From Vicugna vicugna (taxonomy: Eukaryota): a stretch of 42,992 nucleotides of DNA. Positions 36,778 to 42,992 of this stretch are shown in pieces. Location: assembly GCA_013265495.1 (NCBI GenBank), contig MU058669.1:310001-352992 (forward strand). The letters run 5' to 3'. Positions within the stretch are counted from its first letter, which is position 1. Each line of letters opens with the position of its first letter. A program made the position numbers and the translations under genes. Below the pieces are notes generated by a model. The model ran no database searches and was not told the DNA's origin. It saw nothing but the letters and a program-made list of their open reading frames with translations.

Positions 36778-36801
36778 CACACACACACACACACACACAC
36801 A
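36778..36801. repeat. (CA)12 microsatellite
   Basis: Seen directly. Confidence 0.95.
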
Positions 36802-37440
36802 AATGGAATCTTAATCTTTTGTTTAGCCACTTTTAGCGTGCCTGGCATCCTTTGGAGGAACGGGAGAAAGGTGGTGAAGTGAGCCAACTGTCTTCTGCCC
36901 AAGGAGAAAGATCTGTTAAAGTATGTACTCTAATCCCGACACTGCAGATGCGGCATCTCCAGCTCAGAGAGGACACTCAGCTGGCTAGTGTCTTCAAAAC
37001 AATGGGAAAAGGGCTGTCCCTTTGAAAATGGCAATGCTTAAAGGAAAACTGAGCAAGTCATCTGCTTCATGCAGGGTCTGAGGACATATAACGGATTAGA
37101 TTCTGCTGCCAATTTAGGAGAGTCCCCCCCCCCATTAACTCTCCTCTCCAAAAACCCTATAAAAGTGCTGGAATGATTTTGCTTTGAGGCTTAGATGACT
37201 CTATATAATTCCAAACATTTGTTTATCTGCTAAGTAGATTATTCTAATAACCTTCATACACACACACAGACACACAGCAAAGCATTCTCCTCAAGGTTGC
37301 CTTCAAGGTTACACTTCAAAGAGGGCCAGGTAGGGCTTAATTTAGCCAAAAGCATAAAGTTAACTTGAAGCAAGGGGATTTGGACAATTGGAAAATCTAC
37401 TTTCTTCATGAGTTTTGAGGACATAAGATGAACTGTTTTT

Positions 37441-37577
37441 TTTTAAATTAATCTTTTTTTGGGGGGGGTAATTAGGTTATTTATTTATTTATTTATTTGA
37501 TGGAGGTACTGGGGATTGAACCCAGGACCTCATGCATGCTAGGCATGCACTCTACCACTGAGCTATACCCTCCCCCC
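37441..37577 (-). mobile_element. tRNA-Ala-derived SINE (vic-1-like), perfect 11-bp TSD
   Basis: GAACTGTTTTT at 37430-37440 and 37578-37588; intact A and B boxes; (TAAA)n and A-rich tail. Confidence 0.93.
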
Positions 37578-37749
37578 GAACTGTTTTTATTTATTCATTC
37601 CCCCCACAAAAGAGGATGACTTCATTGATGAATTGAAGACCTAAAGAACTGTGGGGGAAATAAAGTAAGATAATTCTTGGCCTCAACAAACAGCATGGAT
37701 AGAAGAAAGAAAAAAAACCACACAACACTGTAACGTGAGTGCCTTGACA

Positions 37750-38110
37750 GTTGTACAGGTAAATTCTAGAGGTATTTACAAGAGCCAAAGGTGAAATTCT
37801 ACCTAAGACCATCAGGGAACAATTCCTGCAGAAGCAAGATCTTTGAGAGTTGCTTTGGAGGATGGGTAGGATTTTGACTGGTGGCAATTGGGGAATGGAG
37901 TCTAGCACTAGCAGGTGTGGAGAGATAGAGGTTAGCAAGTAAAGGACCTGTTTACATAATGGCAAGGAGCCTGATTTGGATGGGGTGAGTAGGATGCAAA
38001 AGAGCAGGGAGGCCAGGAAGTCTGGATTGGAATCTGAGGGGCCTACGTTTGAGCTGTTTGGCAGGTGGAAGCCATGAGAGGTGTCTAAGCAAGGAACGGG
38101 CTGGAGTAGA
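37750..38110 (-). mobile_element. L2 fragment (diverged)
   Basis: ttggaggatgggtaggatttt...ggaagccatgagaggtgtctaagcaagga. Confidence 0.55.
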
Positions 38111-38924
38111 ACTCCAAGAATAAAATAAAATGTTACTACCTAGCCACCAGTAATTAACTTTAGAATCCCCCTCTTCCTGGGAGAGATGCGGGGAGAAACA
38201 TCTTGTTTTCATTCAGAGGAAATGCTCCCTCATTGCTGGCTGAGGACCACTCCCCGCCACAAGTCAGACTGCAGGGAGCTCACCTAACCCCGGCACTCAT
38301 CTAGTAGGCTGCTGTTCTGAGAAAACCGACCTTTCATGACAACCAGGACCAAGCAGTATAAGCAATCACACCTAAAGGGTACGATTTATGAATGGACGGG
38401 GCACTCTAACCCAGCAACCACAAGAGTGGGCTGGCCCGGCCCACGTCAGGCAGATCCTGCTGTTCCACCCAACAATCAATTTTCCTCGCTCCAATAACTC
38501 TGTGGTCTCAACAGCAGGATGTTGGAATCTGCAGTCTGGACGGGGCCCCTTTCCCTAAGAGGGCGAGCTCATACACAAATAGGGACCGTTGTTTCAAAAG
38601 GCTGACAGTGCTTCCAAGGGCAGAACCATCCCACCCGTCCAATTCACCCTTTTGTTTTGTGCAGATGGCTTTAGAAAAGGTCATTTGCTTCTTAGGGTGT
38701 GAGAGCTCATTAAAACACTTAAACAGCAGAGAGAAAAAGAGCCAAGGTATTTCGTAATACCTATTATCTAAAGGGCAGATGGAGCCTTCAGTAACTTTTC
38801 CCTTTCTAAAAGAATGATTGCAACTTGTATCATTTCCTTCAGAGTAAGTTTCCAAAGGTTTTATCACAGGAAAAACAAGCAAACAACACCACTCTGATAA
38901 TGTGATAATGTTCATCTGGGTTTC

Positions 38925-39620
38925 TCACCCATCCATCCATCTCTCCACTTAAATGTTTAATGGATACTAGCACGTGCCAGTCTCTGTGCAAGCTGTAAAG
39001 AATACACTGGTGAACAAGATAGATAAGGACCCGGCTCTCATAGAGCTTAGAGTAGTGTGTGTGGCAGCAGGGAACATAGACTTTAATCCAGAACCACAAA
39101 GAAATTTAAATAGTTATAGTGGCCTGTGCAAAAAAGAAAGGTACATGGTGCAGAGAGTCCTTTTCATTCAGATCACATCAGCTCAGGAGGGTCTGATCCA
39201 GACAGCAAAGTCACAAAAGGCTTCCCTGAAGAAATGGATGGAGTATGATCAGGATTAACTCAGCAGAGAGGAGAACAGAACACTGTGGACAGAGGAAAGG
39301 GAGGATGTGCAAAGGCCCTGTGGCTGAGCAAATGTGAAGTACAGGAGGGACTAGAAGAAGAGCAGCAGCATATGTGCTGCACAGAGAAGGAGGGGAACCC
39401 TGGTAGGGATGAGAGGTAGGCAGGAATCAGGATTTTGTCTTTCCCCAGAAGCACCTGGAAATCAAGTATTTCGCAGAAGGTGGCAAGATCAGGGTGCATT
39501 TGGAAAGCTCTCTTGTAGCCAAGTGGAGAAGTGATTAGAAGGCCAGGAGGAAGGGTGGAACATAGGGAGGGGGCTATCACAGAGGTACAGGCAGAGATGA
39601 GGCCAGTTTAGACAGCAAGG
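38925..39620 (-). mobile_element. L2 3' ~700 bp
   Basis: catccatccat...aaatgtttaatggatactagcacgtgccag...gtgaacaagataga...ctctcatagagcttag...ggcttccctgaaga...tgtgcaaaggccctgtgg. Confidence 0.8.
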
Positions 39621-40869
39621 CAGAAGCGGGACACAAGCATTTTTGTCTTTTTAAAATAGAATCACAAGGGTCCTGCAAGTCTGCTGTCAAGAAATACAGC
39701 CTAGGAACTTGAACACGGGTGATATGTTCATCTTTCAGGTCCACAGATGCGGGGAGGCTGACCTGGGGACTGAGCCTAGATGTCCCCTCACCTAGCCTGG
39801 TGCTTGTTTCATCACGTGTTATTCTCAAGTTTTAACCCTGTTCATAGACAGAAAGTCGGGAAGTCAGACCTAATGGAACTGTTTCATATATATATTTGAG
39901 CTTCGGGAATTCAGTGACACAGGGTCCAAAAGAAAGAGAGAAATCGTAACTGGGGAGTCTGGCGATTATCCTGTCCCTGTGCTCAGCGAGTCTGTACCTT
40001 GGATGGTGTCCCCAGGGGCCTCATTCTCTCTGGCCTCTGGTACTGTGAGCACTTTGGTGCCGAGCGAGCCCACTCTTGGAAGATAACTGTTTTCATTACC
40101 TCAGAAGGCACTGCAACGACTTCAACCAAAGAAATAGTCATCAGTTTTAATGCTGGAGGAAAAACTGCATAAATTTGGTTTCTGAGAGGTGGTTTGTCTT
40201 AACATTCCATGGGTGACTGTCAAGGGTGATTCTGATTTTATGCTAATTTCACCTTAAGTGAGTTTATTATAACCTAATCCTTTCAAAAGATGAGACTTTA
40301 CTATTATTACCATGATAGCCACTTTGTAAATGACAAACTGAGGCTTGGAGAGAAAATTGATAGGAAAGCGTTCTGCAAACTGCCAAACACCACATGAGTG
40401 CAATCATCACAGCGAATGGTTCTGAGCACACGTCGGCCTGCTGATCCCACATCTCCATGCCTGGAAAGGTGCGAGGGGCCTGCTCGGCTCTCAGGAAAGG
40501 ACAACTTGTGGAAGTGAATCTTATGTCTGTGCCTTGTTCACAAGGGGTCTTGAAAATCTCAGTCTAGCTGATGTGTAAACAACCCGAGGAAGCCCTCTAA
40601 AAAGCGTTCTTCTCAGAGGCTTGGCAAATGGAGCAAAACTGAGGGTCATTACATCGCTCTGCAGAGCAGATCTGGCTGGGTCAAGGGGAAGGCAGGCAAA
40701 ACTGGTAGGCTGAGCAGAAGGCAAGTTCCAGCCTTCCAGGGACCAAAAAATGGCCGCAAACACATCCCGTTAGCTGGGGAATTAGGGCTGAGCTACCAAG
40801 TAACAGACTAGTCGCTCTATTAATAGTAATAACTACAATCATAATCACCTACATTCTGAAGACAGCAAA

Positions 40870-41112
40870 ACAAAGTCTGTAAGAGCACTTGCTTTGGAGT
40901 CAGAAGCACTTAAGCTTGCGACACAGTTCTACTGCTTACTAGCTGTGCGACCTTAGGCAAGTGACACTGTTTTTCCAAACTGTGGTTCCTCTGTTGTAAA
41001 ATGGGGGCTTTCAACAGTATCTAACGGCAGGGTTACTGTGAGAAGTGACGCTCTCAACAGTGTCTGGTATTTAGGAAGCACTAAAAATCATAGCTGCCAT
41101 TATTAGTTATTA
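40870..41112 (+). mobile_element. MIR SINE
   Basis: taagagcacttgctttggagtcaga...cttactagctgtgcgaccttaggcaagtgac...tgtaaaatgggg. Confidence 0.85.
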
Positions 41113-42530
41113 TTTGGATAGCCCTTTGCAACTTACAAAGCATCTTTACCTGTATTATCCCATTTCTTCCTCACAGTCGATGCCAGGACAAAGGCAGGCA
41201 CTGCCGGCCTACTGTAATACTTTTTCCCATGGGTCCCAGGCCCCAAGAATCCTTCTCAACACTGTACTCCTCGCAGCCCTTACTAGTCAACTAAGGCTGG
41301 CCAGAGGACAGGACAGGACCCATCAGCCACACCTGCCTTAAGCTGGAAGAGCGAATTCCCAAGTACACCCGGCAGGTAGTGGCCCACTGGTTGATGTCTT
41401 CAGGCTGGCTTGCTGCTCACTGCTTGCAAAGGTGCCCCGAGGCACGCGGAAGCAGAGAAGCAGAAGGTGGTGGAGGGCTGCCCCCTCCTCTGGTGCTGCC
41501 CTCCCCTCATCCACAACTGCTAGGGGCCCCCTTGTGCCATGCCTCATACTCACAGGACCGGAATGCTGAGTGGCAGCTGAGATGCTGTCTCCTCTGATGG
41601 GCCACTGGGCCCAGGAATCCTTTCTCTGTTACAGCACACAATGGTCCCTGAGATCGGCTTGGGCACTTAGGGGATAGGAAGCTCCCTTCCTCCATACAGA
41701 TGACTGTAGGTCTCAGAAAACTCCTCCTAGTACTGAGCTCCTTGGGCTCCTTCCTGGCCCACGAGGGAAGTCTCTGACTAGACTACGACCCTGGTCTCCT
41801 CCACCTGCCATCCTGGAACGTCTGAACTCCTTCCCCCTCTCCATTTCTCTTGAGGTGTAAGCCACAAAGGACTCTGAACTCCGAACAGTACCCCCACCTC
41901 CCCAACCCCCACCTTACTCTCGCTTTGGCATCCTCGTCCGTAAATAATGAGCTCCTAGACATACAGTGCCCCAAGCAGCATATGCGATGTACCCACAATG
42001 GCACAAAGGATGGTCTTCTCAGAACACACGACTCTGCTGTGAAAGTAGCCACTCCTGCAGAGATGAATCCAAATCCTCAGACAAGCCTTCCCTGATCTCC
42101 CGGGCTAGATCACAGTCCCTGGGGGTCCCCTTAGAGCTCCTTTGTGATTTCACATTCATTCAGGGGGCTTATTTCATTAGTCCGTCTCTCCTCAAATTGT
42201 GAGCTCCATGAGGGTAGGAGACAGCAAATTCTGTCAACTGAGTGAACGAAGAGACATCTTTGCTTTACCTTCTCCAGATGAAGGAAGGTCATCCGTGATT
42301 AGACAGTCTAATACAGTCACAAGGATTTCATACCATAAGGGGTTCTGAGGATTAACTTTATCCTCTGACTAAATGGCTTCAGGTCAACCTAATGGCTATA
42401 AAACTACCGAGGGCTGGCTCACCAGATCCTAAGGTGGTTTGTAAAAGATGCAACAGGCTTTGAACACTTCCACCTTTCTTTCTCCTTTCATTTTCAAACT
42501 GTTTCCTTTCTGGATTCCTAACCTTTAGGT

Positions 42531-42912
42531 TGTGGCAGAAACTGCTGTATGTCCCCCAGCAGCTGTTCTCTTCTTCCACAGTAACAGGGATTTCCACCAG
42601 GAATATGACTGCTCAGACTAAAGATGGTGTCTCCCAGACATCCTCGCAGCTCGAGGTGGTCGAACTGGGTTCTATCCAGTGAGATGTGAGGACAGGTGTT
42701 GTGCAGCTGAAGAAATCACTAGTGTGCACCTTTCCCTTCTTCTTTATTCCTTCAATCTTGCTGCCCAGAATGCAAATGCCACCATACTGGATCACTGGAT
42801 GGCGATCGAAAGCCTAGGGATGGTGAAGCTATTTGTGGGAAGAAACCTAGGTTCCTGAGGAATTTACAGAGCAGAACCATCATACCAGCCTTGGGCTGCA
42901 AATCTCCAGACT
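42531..42912 (+). mobile_element. ERVL-type LTR (LTR16-like), interrupted by L1 at 42913
   Basis: Starts tgtggcagaa like the 1655 element; ctcccagacatcctcgcagct...ttctatccagtgagatgtgag...ccagccttgggctgc...ccagactt. Confidence 0.65.
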
Positions 42913-42992
42913 TTTTTTTTTTTTAACATTTTTTTTTTTTTATTTTACAATGTTTTGTCAAATTCCAGTGTTCAGCGCAATTTTTCAGTCAT
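42913..42992 (-). mobile_element. Young camelid-type L1 3' end (poly(A) tail), continues beyond the window
   Basis: T-tracts followed by attttacaatgttttgtcaaattccagtgttcagcgcaatttttcagt, a recalled camelid L1 3' terminus. Confidence 0.75.

Noticed and set aside
37501..37572. Bona fide tRNA-Ala gene (also 20450-20525, 36435-36510)
   Set aside because: TSDs, A-rich tails and a shared non-tRNA 3' segment identify these as SINE insertions.

Overview
Mammalian genomic DNA, not prokaryotic. The window lies inside the minus-strand gene GALNT10 (polypeptide N-acetylgalactosaminyltransferase 10). It holds three GT-AG-bounded coding exons: 30893-30791 (103 bp), 27621-27483 (139 bp) and 2489-2323 (167 bp). 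These splice in frame to [136 protein letters not shown], probably exons 2-4; the first two are missed by the supplied ORF track. The rest is intron filled with MIR, L2, L1, MaLR/ERVL LTRs and hAT DNA transposons. Three tRNA-Ala-derived SINEs and the young L1 3' ends suggest a camelid genome (inference from recalled repeat sequences). I see no new coding system. The most notable element is a solo ERV-type LTR (25740-26296) with a periodic CCAAT array and two perfect octamers. It is nested in MER5A inside a MIR and points antisense towards the upstream GALNT10 exons. Old repeat boundaries and subfamily names are approximate and assigned by eye.
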